Shown here piece by piece: positions 49,187-61,269 of a DNA stretch of 64,000 bases. Under the pieces are notes generated by a model, which was not told the DNA's origin, did no database searches, and saw only the letters and a program-made list of their open reading frames with translations. The stretch lies in assembly GCA_964234715.1 (NCBI GenBank), contig OZ174279.1; one strand, written 5' to 3'. The stretch is from Podarcis melisellensis (Eukaryota). A program made the position numbers and the translations under genes. The number at the start of each line of letters is the position of its first letter. Position 1 is the stretch's first letter.

Positions 49187-52100
49187 TCAATACATTCCAC
49201 GCCATCCACCGCCTCCCATGTTGCCTTGTCCATAGTATCCACCGCTATTTCCACTGCCACGACCTAGAAAGTAACAATAGTTACCCCACATTTGTTTAAA
49301 ATGAAATACACACGAACTTCATCATTAGCATGCAACTCTTTCTCTATATGGTTTCTGTGCATGCAAACGATACAGCATTTTTGTTCCCGTGTTAACAAAT
49401 ACTTTATAAGACAATGAACCGTTGCATTATAAAAAGAAACTGTTTGCCTACCTACTTAAGACTTACCATAGCCACCCAAGCCATCAGGAGTACCATATCC
49501 TCCGCTATAACTGCTGCCCATTCCCATTCTTCCAACAGAACCATAACCAACTTGATCTAGAAAACAATGTTCACTGTGGTTAGAATATCCAGAGGCTAGA
49601 TAAAAGTTATCTTTGAATTAAAAGTTTGAATTAAAAATGTAAAATCAAGCATACCCATTCCATCTCTGCCGTAACCTCCCATTCCAGAACCACCTCCAGC
49701 AGTTGAATTAAGGAACAGCTCAATGTATCGATGTTCTTTAAAACAAACAAACAAAAGAAATAAACACCCATAACGGAAAAGGTAATTAATGTGGATTCAT
49801 AATTATGTACATGCAGCAAGGGAGTAATTTACAAAGTGCTTTCTGCCTGGCACACTGAATAGACTATAGCACCTTTCCATACAAATGGATACTCAAGAAA
49901 GGGTTGAAAGGTCAGCAGATGTGGCTCCGTGAACAACTTGTTCAATACTTGCAAGTATAGACTTCTTTAAAAACTCTGATGTAATCAAATCTTTTAAACA
50001 ACATTCTTGAGACATGTAAAGCTCAGGCATGCTAATCCAAAAGAAGTGATACTGGATTGTCTATGTTAGCATTTCATGTAACATGAAAGATTGCTTCCTT
50101 TCTTGGATTTTTTGAAAAATCAGCTGTTAAGTGGAAATTAAAACTAAACTAAAATATGCAAGCAAGCTTGGATATTCAATGAACTACAAAGGCAGCAATC
50201 CTGAGCTTTCAACTGCTCCAATGTTTGCTATAACTTACGCATATGATTTTTATCTTTCAACATGGCAGTCACTGCATCTTCGTGTGTTACAAATTCTACA
50301 TCTGCTTCTCCTGTTGCTCTTCCATCTGCTCCAATGTCAATGTGAACTCTTATAGGTGTCAATGGTGAGAAAAACTAAAAGTGAGCAATAGTAAGTTACC
50401 ACTTGCAGGAACTTTCTCATATTGAAACAACAGTTATCTTAAGCATATAACGACCATTTCACATGCTTTATCCAGGATGTCACACTCCTGCCTGCATTTA
50501 CACTAATGATGCAAACCTTCAGTTTTTACTCATTTGTTTTGAGCTACTATCATTAAAAACTAATTTGCCATCTTTTCTAATCTACATAGTCACCGCAGTT
50601 GACATTGTTTAACAGCAGTCAGAAATACTTGCTGATTTACTGCAAGTCATCAAGTGATCTATTAGTACACCCTGACCACATTTGGCTTAGCTGTTATGTT
50701 TCTCCCCATTTGAAGATTTCAGATCATTTACAGCTGCAGCTGCTATAATTTATATTAAACCCAAGGTTTTTTAAAATTAAAATACCCTGATTGCATCTCA
50801 ATTGCTATACATTATTTTGAAAAAATAGCCATTAGAGCATTACAGTAATTTCATCATATCTTCAGGAACTACTTTAAAGTTGAGCCCGTCTGTTGCTGCT
50901 GCAACAGTGAACTACTTTGATTGTTAAAGAGTCAGACCAGGTTCTTAAACTCTTTAAGATCTTTGTTTCAACCAGGAATATTCATCTACAATGCTTACAT
51001 TGGCAATATCGTTTTCTGTTGCTCGAAATGGCAGTCCTCTCATGTGAACAAAGTGACCACCATGAAAGCCTGAGCTAGCATCTCCTGCTCCACCATAGCC
51101 GTGGCCTCCCATTCCTAAAACACAAAAGATTCAATAAATGCATGATTTAATAAAGTTGTGCACATGAATTCCCAATATGTGTTTTACTCCCCCTTGAAAT
51201 TGTACTAGGTTATACACTAGAAATATCCTACTCTGGTTTAACTTTCACTAGGACTTTTTTTGATTCCTTCCATGCCAAATAATTACCCCCCTCCCATTCT
51301 GACATGTAAAAAAGTAGGTTTCCAACTACAGTGGTACCTCAGTTTTGAATGCCTCCATAGTCAAAACATTTTGGAACTCGAATGCTGAAAACCCAGAAGT
51401 AAATGCCTCGGTTTTCAAATGCACCTCAGAAGTTGAACAGGAAACGTGGCTTCCGTATTGAGGCTTCTGCTTTCAGTTTTCGAACGTTTCGGAACTCGAA
51501 CAGACTCCCAGAACGGATTACATTCGAAAACCGAGATACCACTGTACTCACATGCTGGAACTGACAATTTTAAAGCAGTGCACAGTATTTCTCCAACTTC
51601 AAAATAACCTGAGGAATTCAAAACAACCCCTCAGCTCTAAAAAATACCCTACTTAACAATAAAAAGTGGTTCTTTTTTTTCTTTGCCTTGGGAGCCAGTG
51701 AGACGGCCTGATGGTTGAGGAACAATACTATAAAACTTTTAAATCTTACCTCTACCATCTCTCATTCTGTCATCATAGCCATCATTTCCATAGCCATAAT
51801 TGTTATAGCCACCATACTCATCAAAGCCACCATATCCTGTGAGATTTAAGAAGTGGACATACCATGAAACGGTCTTTTTACAATTCAGCTGTTATCACTG
51901 TGCATATAATCAGTACCTCTTGACATCAAATATATAAGCAAGTTTCTATTTATAAAGTTGTCAGGCTCAAAGACATGCAAACCAAGTTTCATCCACATTT
52001 AAAATCTCATTTCAGATGCCTCTCCATACCTTTTCAATCTTTAGTCACACGGCTGGTAAAAAAACTGATAGGTATCCAGATTTCAGACTTGGTATGTATT

Positions 52101-53652
52101 ATAATTACTGTCATTTCTGTATTTCTTGACAAAACGTCAGGAACGTGAAAATGACAAGAGCCTGTGGTCATTAGATACACATACCACCGTCATATCCACC
52201 ACCTCCTCGACGCATTCTGTCATACATACTTCCACGCCCAGCTCCATAATAACCCCCTCTTCCTCCCATTGGTCTATCATAGGGTCCAGGTCGCTGTCCC
52301 ATCATTCTTCGTGGTGGGTCATAGAATCCTCGGATTTCACTCTTACTACTTTTGAAGATCTCAATATATCTGAGTAAAAAAAGATTTTCAATGTACAAAA
52401 GTAAGAATACACATATGTGATGTCTGGTAAAAAAATACAGTAACAAGTTGCACAAATGCTCTGAATTCTATATCTAGATACACTTTCAATAAAAGTGTAC
52501 CCTGTTTTTTCAAGTGTCACTTAAATTTTAGGAAATGTAAATGCAAAAGCAAGCATTTTAAGTTATATATTTTACTGTCTAGGAATTCTAACCGCATTTT
52601 AAATACAACAAATTTCTGAATCACACTCCCCCCCTGCCCCAGTAATAAATTCTTTGAAAAATGTCTGGCTATCATAGAACACCCTCCACAAAAATGAAAT
52701 ATCCTAATTTTAGCAATCTACATAGTATTACCATTTCCCCCTCCCACCAAATCTACTATACTTCCCAAGTTACTTAGGGTGATTGTAAGGTTGTTGTTTT
52801 TAAATAGCCAGTTACTTTATGCTCCCCAACCCCCCAAAAGCAAAACTGACCCCCAACCNNNNNNNNNNNNNNNNNNNNNNNNNNNNNNNNNNNNNNNNNN
52901 NNNNNNNNNNNNNNNNNNNNNNNNNNNNNNNNNNNNNNNNNNNNNNNNNNNNNNNNNNNNNNNNNNNNNNNNNNNNNNNNNNNNNNNNNNNNNNNNNNNN
53001 NNNNNNNNNNNNNNNNNNNNNNNNNNNNNNNNNNNNNNNNNNNNNNNNNNNNNNNNNNNNNNNNNNNNNNNNNNNNNNAGTCTGAAACATTCCCATCTGT
53101 AGAAAATACTTAAAGCAAATCTACACAAATGCAAGAACATAGCTTAGCTTCCCCCTCCCCTACCTAACCCAAATACACACGCTAAAGATCTTTCATTAAA
53201 CTTTATGGGTTTAGACATTCTATTACTGTCTCTTTGTTCAGACTACACAGCAACAGCTACATCACAAAGGCCCTCCTATATTGCAATGTAATAACTACAT
53301 ACTCCAAATTCTGATTCATAGCAAGGTATCTAAATGGGTAAATTTTATATCCTACACTGCCAATGCAATCTCTTGATTAGTAGTATTTTAACACAGAATA
53401 CCAAAAATTAGCAATCTAAATGTTAAACTGATTCCCCCCTCCCCCCTGAAATAGTCAATATAAATTAAACTATTTCAAATATCAATCTTGCAGACATAGA
53501 AACACTGAAAGTCACTTGACATTAACACTAGAGCTACCTTGAAAGAACTGAACGATCTCCTCCTTGCTGCAGCCAAATGGCAGACCACGCAATCGTACTG
53601 TTCCATCACTAGATGAATCATTTGGACCATTATGTTTCCCAGCCCAGTCCAT
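49187..53652 (-). CDS. HNRNPH3: Heterogeneous nuclear ribonucleoprotein H3 (exon 3 lost in the N-gap)
   Basis: Minus-strand exons: 53652-53538 ([38 protein letters not shown]), exon 3 absent (gap 52859-53078), 52369-52185, 51836-51750, 51114-50999, 50374-50239, 49735-49655, 49556-49467, 49263-49187 (GGGWRGMY*). Two qRRMs (RLRGLPF, HMRGLPF, HRYIELF) and Gly/Tyr/Arg-rich domains. Confidence 0.96.
51329..51544. mobile_element. Tigger-like MITE
   Basis: TIRs CAGTGGTACCTCAGTTTTGAATG / CATTCGAAAACCGAGATACCACTG with TA flanks. Confidence 0.85.
52859..53078. other. Assembly gap (220 N)
   Basis: Run of N where HNRNPH3 exon 3 is expected. Confidence 0.99.
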
Positions 53653-54719
53653 TTTGCTGTTTAAAATCAAACACCATAAAAAACATAAACAGCAAATTTA
53701 GCATTTGAGAATCATGATTCACCCCCACCCCTTCCTAAGCAGGACTGTATTCATTAGCAGTATCTTGAAACATGCTCAGACATTGATTGAAGCATAATGC
53801 TGTGGTAAGTTACAACTGCCGTTGTCTAGAACTCATTCAGTACAACTAGCATGACCTGCTCATGCAGCCTGCCACATATCTACTCTCAATACCTCAGGTT
53901 CTCAAAAGAGATGCACTATCTATGAAGACAAATTCTACTGCTTGGAAAAGTGCAAATGACTCCCCAACACCTCTCACATTAGCTCAGCCATGCACTGGCC
54001 CAATCAGTACATATAACCAATCATTGCAATCAATGCTATTCTTTAATTCATAGTGCTGCAGGCTGGTTAAGCCATTGAACTATTTTCTAAAATGCATATG
54101 GACTACTAACATGCACACTTCTCTCCACTGTTAGCACACAAGCCACTTCCACATCTCCCTCCAATGCCAGCTAGAAGAGCCAAGGCAATATTCCTGTAGA
54201 GATTCCCAGAATCAGGAGTTCTGACAACTAAGAGACAGTGAATGGGAAGCAAGAATGGTATGGGGGTTAATGAGCACAGGATAAAATTCAGTAAACTGGG
54301 AAAGTGGAGTGGGGTGGTGGTACACAAGATAGAATGACCAGCAAGACAGAATGACAGCAAAGTAGAGAGAGGCAAGCCAAAGGTTTATTTTTAACAGAAC
54401 TTTAAAGCTGACATGCATACTTTTTCAATGTGAAAACGTAAGGTATATTTTAATAAATAAAATTAATTTAAAAATGGGGTACTAGTAAATAGGGCAGGAA
54501 TTAGGAACTACATGCATTTATGTTTTGGGAAATTCTGAAAGGACACTACTATAGTGGGACTCATTTATGATGCAACTTGGAGATGCATACTATGAAAACC
54601 TCAAATGTAATAGAAATTCTCCAAAAATGATGTAGTTCAACTCACTAAGAAGCTGTAATGATTATAAAATAATTTAATTTTATATTAGTTGCCAATTGAT
54701 GGGCAATAACAATTTAATT

Positions 54720-57560
54720 TAGGTTGAAACTCACTCTACTACTATAGGAAGGCACATCTTCCCCAGTTTAGTCAAGTCCTGCCTAAGAACAGATAGGACT
54801 CTGATTCCCCATTGTACACATCTGACGAAAAAACTTTTCAAATAGAGGGAAAGGGGCATTATTGGGTCTGCTTGCTCTCACACACAGAAGGTCTCAGACG
54901 ACATGCAAGAAATTCCTTCTTTTAAGCACAGGGAGGCCAAATGGCACACTGCAAGTGCCATCTCAGAACCTCATGCTTTCATGGGGAAGATGGTCTTAGC
55001 TAAGGATATATCCCAACAGGCAGCACAGCAAAAGATTCAGCAAAGGTAAGACAGTGAAAAAGCAGACAAAGTCACAACTGCCATTACTGAAGCCAAAGCT
55101 GTTCCAGCAGCAATACAATTTCTACAATCTATTCCCCTCAAAACTGGGCAAGTCCTGCAGCTAGCAAGCCTTTTGCCCCTGTGCACCTCAAATCCAGCCC
55201 CAACCTCCGCTCTGCTTCTGCAGCATCTGACAAAGTAAATCATTGAGGAAGAGAATGTTGCAATCAAGTACTGGCAGGAGCACCTATTTGAATTGGATGT
55301 TCCTCCTCAGTCCTTTAGTAAAAGCTTCTTAAAATCTTCAGCAGTAGGAACAAGAAGAAAAGCCTGAAACTAAAAATCCCATGTGCTCCCCATAGCAAGA
55401 GAGGAAAGCATGCTCATTTCTAACCCAAGCCTTTTTGACCAGTCAATGAGCAAGGAATGGAGCAACCTTAGGGAGGGATAATTTACCAGCCCTACTAGAG
55501 CAGACGCCAGAGAAGAGTTTGCCCCATGGAAGTCCCATGAGGTGTCCTTCTCAACCATCCAAGTTACAACATTCTCTAATGCATCAATGGGCTGGCAGTT
55601 ACATTCATATCTCCCCATCCCATGATAACCAAACCCTTCATTAAGGAATTCTTAGACTCTCTGCAATTATTTTTCACGTCTGTTACTTATTATGTCTCCT
55701 TTTCTGTCTACATTAGGAGACTATGGATCTGAAACTGAAGTTTGACATAGCCACTTGGAAGGTGAAAATCTGTTTAGAGACCCATTTGAACACATTCTTC
55801 CTAGGAGAGACCAAGGATAAGAAAAAGGCATTTCTTTTTCAACCCAAGCAGGAAATGCCTCCCAAGTGGTAAATTAACATTACACTCATCCTTCCATTTG
55901 TTCCCAGTATCCAGACCAAGAGAGGTCCAGGGGCAGGGATAGCCTTAGAGGCAAAGCTGTCAGTTGCACATCAGGAAGCTTCAAGTGATTCAACAAATAC
56001 TGGAAATCTCCTAACCACAGCCAAATGGGTCTTTAGCTTAACCCTAAATGTCTTCCTCTCTCCATACCCATCAGAGCATAACTTACGAGCCTGACAGTAT
56101 TCTACATGAAGTCTGGCCAGAAATTATGCAATAACCCTGCAGCGGTTCCTGCTAAATTTCCATAACCAAGCAGTCAGGAAGTGACCTGTACTAGTCATTT
56201 AGGTGTTTCTCTTTTCTGGTGGACAAATCACTTTTAATCTATACAAGGGCCAACTGATAATGAAACTACAGCAGATCTGCATAAAATAGGCTAGCCGCAC
56301 ATAGCCAGATGAAGCAGGAAGACAGCACAGATATGTTCTACAAAGCACAAACTAGTGGGAACCTTGCTTTAAAAAAAATTCTTCTTGAAGTACAAGGTCA
56401 CTATAAAAGTGGAGTGGTTCTTTGGGAAACACCTATCCAATGAATTATGGACACACAGAGTCAATTGGTTCTGAACCTCTTCACACCTCAACTGACCCAC
56501 AATATCAACAGATTATTCACCAGCTCCTCTACACAGCAGAAGCAGTGGCCAAGAAGACAGCTATGCATATCCTGCCCTCCATTTGTCTTATTTCCTAGAG
56601 TCTCTCCTTGCACTGTTTTCTGATTTCCAAAGGCTGAATCAATCAAAAAATGCAGCAAAGAGAGAACAGAGCTAAAAGCCCCATATAGCCAGAGCACATA
56701 GATCTCCAGATCTCCACTAACTGATAGATACAACTCCACGGTTCCCCATAAATCTATTTCAGGGCTCAGTATTGTATTACAAACCATGGTTCAGTTTGAA
56801 TGGAGAAAAAAAGAGCAGAATATCCCCCAACTTAACTATTCTAACAAGATTGTTCTAATATGACAGCTAAATATACCCTTTACAGATTTTTATGGGACCT
56901 TTATTGGAACCCATGACCAAGTACCCCTTCAATGAGCTTTTGCTCAGGACTGTATTCCTAGTGGTAGTGCCTTCAGTCTTCACAAGTTTCAGCAATAGCA
57001 CCAGTTAACAGTTTCCCCCCGCATCTTTCATTAGAGCAAGGTGAGCCCTAGATTTTTTAATTGCTCACAATGGGGCATATTATACAGACAGAGGAATCCT
57101 TGGGGTGGGTTTAGGTGTAAGTACTCAAATTCACTTCAGCCAATTGGCTGATACTGTATTATAGAAGTAAATGCAGCAAAAGGAATAAAACCTCAGTCCC
57201 AGTTTGGTAAAGGTGCTGAAAAACATTCTGAAACAACAGAAGACTCCTGACTTGGAGACACTACTCTTGGACAGTTGAAAATAACATGCTCTTTCGCACC
57301 AGCTCAAAGAAATAAGTTATCATTATTACATTTTATTTTTTTATGTTGGGAGAGCACTTTACTGTTTCCAAATCCTGGGGGTTGGAGTCATATATTATTT
57401 GCTTACAGTGTTTCTTACCCAGCTTTTCAACAAGTGAGCTGCAAAGTGCCTATCAGTTATAAAAACCAAAAGAAGTATAATAGCTTAAATATTTCTAAAA
57501 ATAAACACAGAGGAGCAGAAGAAAAGAACTGGTACTCCTAGGTTACAAACCCTTTCTTTC
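54720..57560 (+). mobile_element. Highly decayed DIRS1-like tyrosine-recombinase retrotransposon in HNRNPH3 intron 1
   Basis: Motif remnants in the expected order: TDNETTADLHKIG (56253-56291, RNase H-like), YAYP (56562, cf. YAFPP), WDL (56893), FLVVVPS (56955, cf. recombinase FLVAITS). A DIRS-like end GAAAAGAACTGGTAC...AAACCCTTTCTTTC lies near 57520-57560. Boundaries are approximate. Confidence 0.5.
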
Positions 57561-58088
57561 CCGCAATCCTCTCTTGTCCTGTTTAGGACTCGCAATGCTA
57601 ATATGCTTAAGTACTTAGTGAGGTGAACTGGAATTTTCCCCTTTTAAATAGAAAAGGTTTCCACTAGTATATTTTTCTGTTGAAAGTTTTCCACTTTGAA
57701 AAATGCTTTGTTTCACAAAACAATTAGTGACATAATGAATGAACAAAAGACAAGTCAATTTGAAATGCATATAAAAAAGAGTCAATTCTAAAATCAAAAC
57801 AGTGGTTAACTTTTTCCAGCTGCTACTCCTAGGAAGCACATGTTTTTCTTCAAGCAATCTACAATTAGTAAGTTAACTGTTTTCAATGTATTTGTTTTCC
57901 CCAGCCTAAATAAAATCTAAATAATACTGAATTGTCGTGTCTTAAAATATTTAGAAGTATTCCAATAAAAATAATTTTCAAGTAAAGCTTATGAGTGCAA
58001 TTTTCAAGTAAAGCTTATGAGTCTACTCAAAAATATGTCTCAGTGACAGGACTGCAGTCTTAACCGCAGTAAGTTTGCAATCCTATAT

Positions 58089-58536
58089 TGTACTACTTAA
58101 CGGAGCTACACTGAACTCAATGTGGGATGTAATCTACTGGGAGCAGTCAAGTACAACATTCCTTGTTTTGCTAGAGTGGACATGCAAGGGAATATTTGGT
58201 CCAGCCAGTTGAAGCTTCCTGGCCTGGAGCATCCTTCCTTGCATGTGACTAGTATGTGGGCATGACCTCTCCAGACCTGATAAAAGGCCAAGTCACGCTG
58301 CTACCTTCCTCTTTTTGACATTCCTGTTCGTGCTTCCTGCATCACCTGGACTGGACTGCTGGCTGCCACAGCAGTTCCCCAGGTTATCTCCCATATGGGG
58401 TAAACTTGTCTGTACGTGTAACTTTAAGCCTGATCATGAGTAAAACTAATTTTTACGAATTCTTACGAATAAGACTGCGGTGTCTTTATTCTTTTAGGAG
58501 GAATTCAAAAGGGGTCTTACCAGGAATATTAGAACA
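58089..58536 (+). mobile_element. Probable solo LTR
   Basis: TG...CA ends; flanks TATAT / TATCT (5-bp duplication with one mismatch); TATA-like ATAAAA near 58280 and AGTAAA at 58439. Confidence 0.45.
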
Positions 58537-58766
58537 TATCTCAATCTGGACAAGCCAGATTGAATTGCTTATTGTCTTAAGAAACTCACACGAGTTTGAA
58601 ACCAGCTTTCTGCTGTGTGAGACAGGGAATGCACTCTGCTAAGTGAAGAAACTTGCTAGCGCAAGTTAGGAAGGATATTAATAAACAATATATCTCCCCT
58701 GCCACCCTCAACATTCCCACACTCAATGGGACTCACTTCTCAGTAGACATTTTTATGATTACACTA

Positions 58767-59092
58767 CAGTGGTGCCCCGCAAGACGAACGCCTCGCAAGA
58801 CGAAAAACCCGCTGGACGAAAGGGTTTTCCGTTTTGGAGGCGCTTCACAAAACGAAAAAAATCTTGCATCCCCCCGCGGGTTTTTTTGGCTTTTTTCGCC
58901 CTTTTCTTAAGCCGCTAAGCCGCTTATCAGCTGTTCCGCTGATAAGCCGCTTAACAGCTGATCGCTGGAAGCCGCTTGACAGCTGTAGCGCTAATCCGCT
59001 AAGCTGTCAATGGGCTTGCTTCGCAAGACGAAAAAACTGCTATACAAAGAGCCTCACGGAACGGATTAATTTTGTCTTGCGAGGCACCACTG
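58767..59092. mobile_element. Tigger-like MITE, same terminal family as 3387-4387, opposite orientation
   Basis: CAGTGGTGCCCCGCAAGACGAA / TTGTCTTGCGAGGCACCACTG with TA flanks; interior has short TAAGCCGCT repeats (about 58908-59005). Confidence 0.9.
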
Positions 59093-60477
59093 TATATGCA
59101 CTTTATTGCATGTTTTTCTGTACTAAAATATTTCAGTTCAGGTAATTTTGCCACCTCAAAGCAGTTTGCAGGTATTTATACATTTAAAATTAACATCACA
59201 TTAAAAATAAACTAACAGTGTTCTCAGTGTTATGAGTGCTGGCCCTTATGTAGCCAGAATGGCACTACCCAAGGGAGGCATTAGTATCCTCAGGAAAACC
59301 CCGAGGTTTGTAAAAGTACAACGCCGCCGCCACCACCTCAGGGAAGATAAACTGTGTATAGAATGCTGACCAATTGCTGGGAAGGGAAAATTGGGTGGAA
59401 GAGATTGGCTGGAACACTCTGCACTGCAAAGGTTTGTTGCAAGTTCCAATTATCCAACTCAAAATTTTATGAAAATCCCACTCTGTACTTAACAATGTTT
59501 GGTTTATTCCTTCTCTTCCTGGTGCATGGCTTACCTTTTCAGAAAAGGTATAACTCTAGTTCACCAAATTCTATACCTTTGCCCCCAGACTATTGTACAT
59601 TTGCGTTTTACATCTACTGATCTCATCAGTGCAATCCTTTGTATGTTTATTTAGGTGTAAATCCCACTGTTTTAAATGGAATTTACTCCTATGCAAACAT
59701 ATGGTTGTTGTCATGCTTGCTGTCTAAGCTGTCAGAACATCAAGACTGGAAGTGATTATACCTCTTCTGCAAAAGAAGGGTGCATCTTTCCTATGCTTCC
59801 TGCTTGAAAAAGATGAAAGATGAGCTTTATCTTTAACAACCACAACCATCCAGTATGAAACTCCAGGTGTTTTTCCCCTCAAAAGGTTCTCTTGCAGGCC
59901 ATCCTAAAAATCCACCTAAGCTGCTACAGTGTAATACTGTCAAGAACAGCACCACTATAACCTGTAGCCTCCACTATGTGCTTTTAGATAACCTGCAGTG
60001 CACAGAATTGTGCAGATTTCTTTTTATCCTAGGGACAGAACAGTGATTGAATCATGCAGAGAGACTTTAGAATTTGGATACAATAAGCCAGAGAGCCCAT
60101 ATTTCAATATGGTAAACAGGAGCAAAATGGAGATGCTAGTAAACAACACTAGTAAGCATTTCCCTCTTTTAGCACCTACCGGCATTAGTCTGCTTTTCAT
60201 TTTTAATTCTAGGATTCTGAACTACACAGAAATTTGACCAGATTTACAGAACAAGATAACTAATATATTGCCATAGGATCCCACACAATAGTATGTAAGG
60301 TAATCTCTCATGGAACAACATTTGCATGCTAGTGTATGAAAGTTTTTAAAGCTGAGAAAGTTCTTCAGACAACAAAAAATAATACTTTCTGCTTGAAGAC
60401 CTCTGCATAGTCTTAACAGTAGTTAAGCCAAATATTATTTATCAAAGTAATGCAATTAAATTAGAGAAAACTAACAG

Positions 60478-60561
60478 TATGATCCTGTGCATGTTTACTC
60501 ATAAGTCCCAGTGTGTTCTGTGGAACTTACTTCCATATAACTGTGCATCCAATTGCAGCCT
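60478..60561. repeat. Short (about 90 bp) palindromic interspersed repeat, decayed
   Basis: ATCCT..CATGTTTACTC..AAGTCCCA...TGGAACTTACT...ATTGCAGCC. Similar copies near 6110-6190, 14560-14640, 24840-24900, 43040-43080 and 59630-59700. Confidence 0.45.
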
Positions 60562-61269
60562 AAGTTATCTAGTGGCACATTTGGAAATCTTTCCATTGTA
60601 AAAAAAATCTCACTGCATGAAAGATATGTATCATTGGGGAAAACAGGTATTACTTTTTTTAATTGCCCTGGAACAATCTTTTATAGATATATTAATATTC
60701 ACTATAAAAACCAAACTAAGTGAGAGAAGCTATGTTTCCCAAAACTGTAACAGACCCTATGTAGGTATGAACCCAGAGGACATGATTTCTTGACATACAT
60801 GACTTTAGTACTGTCATTTCTGAACATGTTCAAAATCTGTCCATGTATTTTAAGTGTCTTGTACAGCGATTACTTTACCTACTCTATCCTTTACCTTATT
60901 TCTGTTTTCAAAAGTAGATTAGCTGTAGAAATGACCTAGGTCAAATGGCTCATTTACAATCAACCTAAGTGTATTTTGGCTGATACACAGAAATATGTTG
61001 CAAGAACTGCCACCCCTGCACTTATTATGAATCTTAAATCACAATGGCTTTCAGTACGGTATTGCCACTAACTGTGATGGTTGCAACGTTGCACCGATTT
61101 AGCCTTAGTTTTACTAGCACTTTCTGATTTAATCTAAGTGATGAATGAAATTTACCCTCTTACCCAAGTTTAAATGCTACTACGTGCGTTTTCTCGGATG
61201 TAATTCCCAAGGACTACAATGGGGCTCTTTCCCAAGCAGCTGAGCAGTCAATCTCTTTACATCTCGTCA

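Noticed and set aside
53079-53115. Acceptor-like TTTTCTACAG|ATGGGAATG on the minus strand as the start of HNRNPH3 exon 3
   Set aside because: The following bases do not encode the expected GLEIVPNG, and the gap prevents further assessment.
49264-53537. Intronic snoRNA or miRNA in HNRNPH3, DNA2 or RUFY2 introns
   Set aside because: I found no convincing C/D box pair with a terminal stem or H/ACA double hairpin by eye; an Rfam covariance search would be needed to exclude them.
57973-58022. 26-bp tandem duplication (AATTTTCAAGTAAAGCTTATGAGT twice)
   Set aside because: Real but an ordinary local slippage event with no sign of function.
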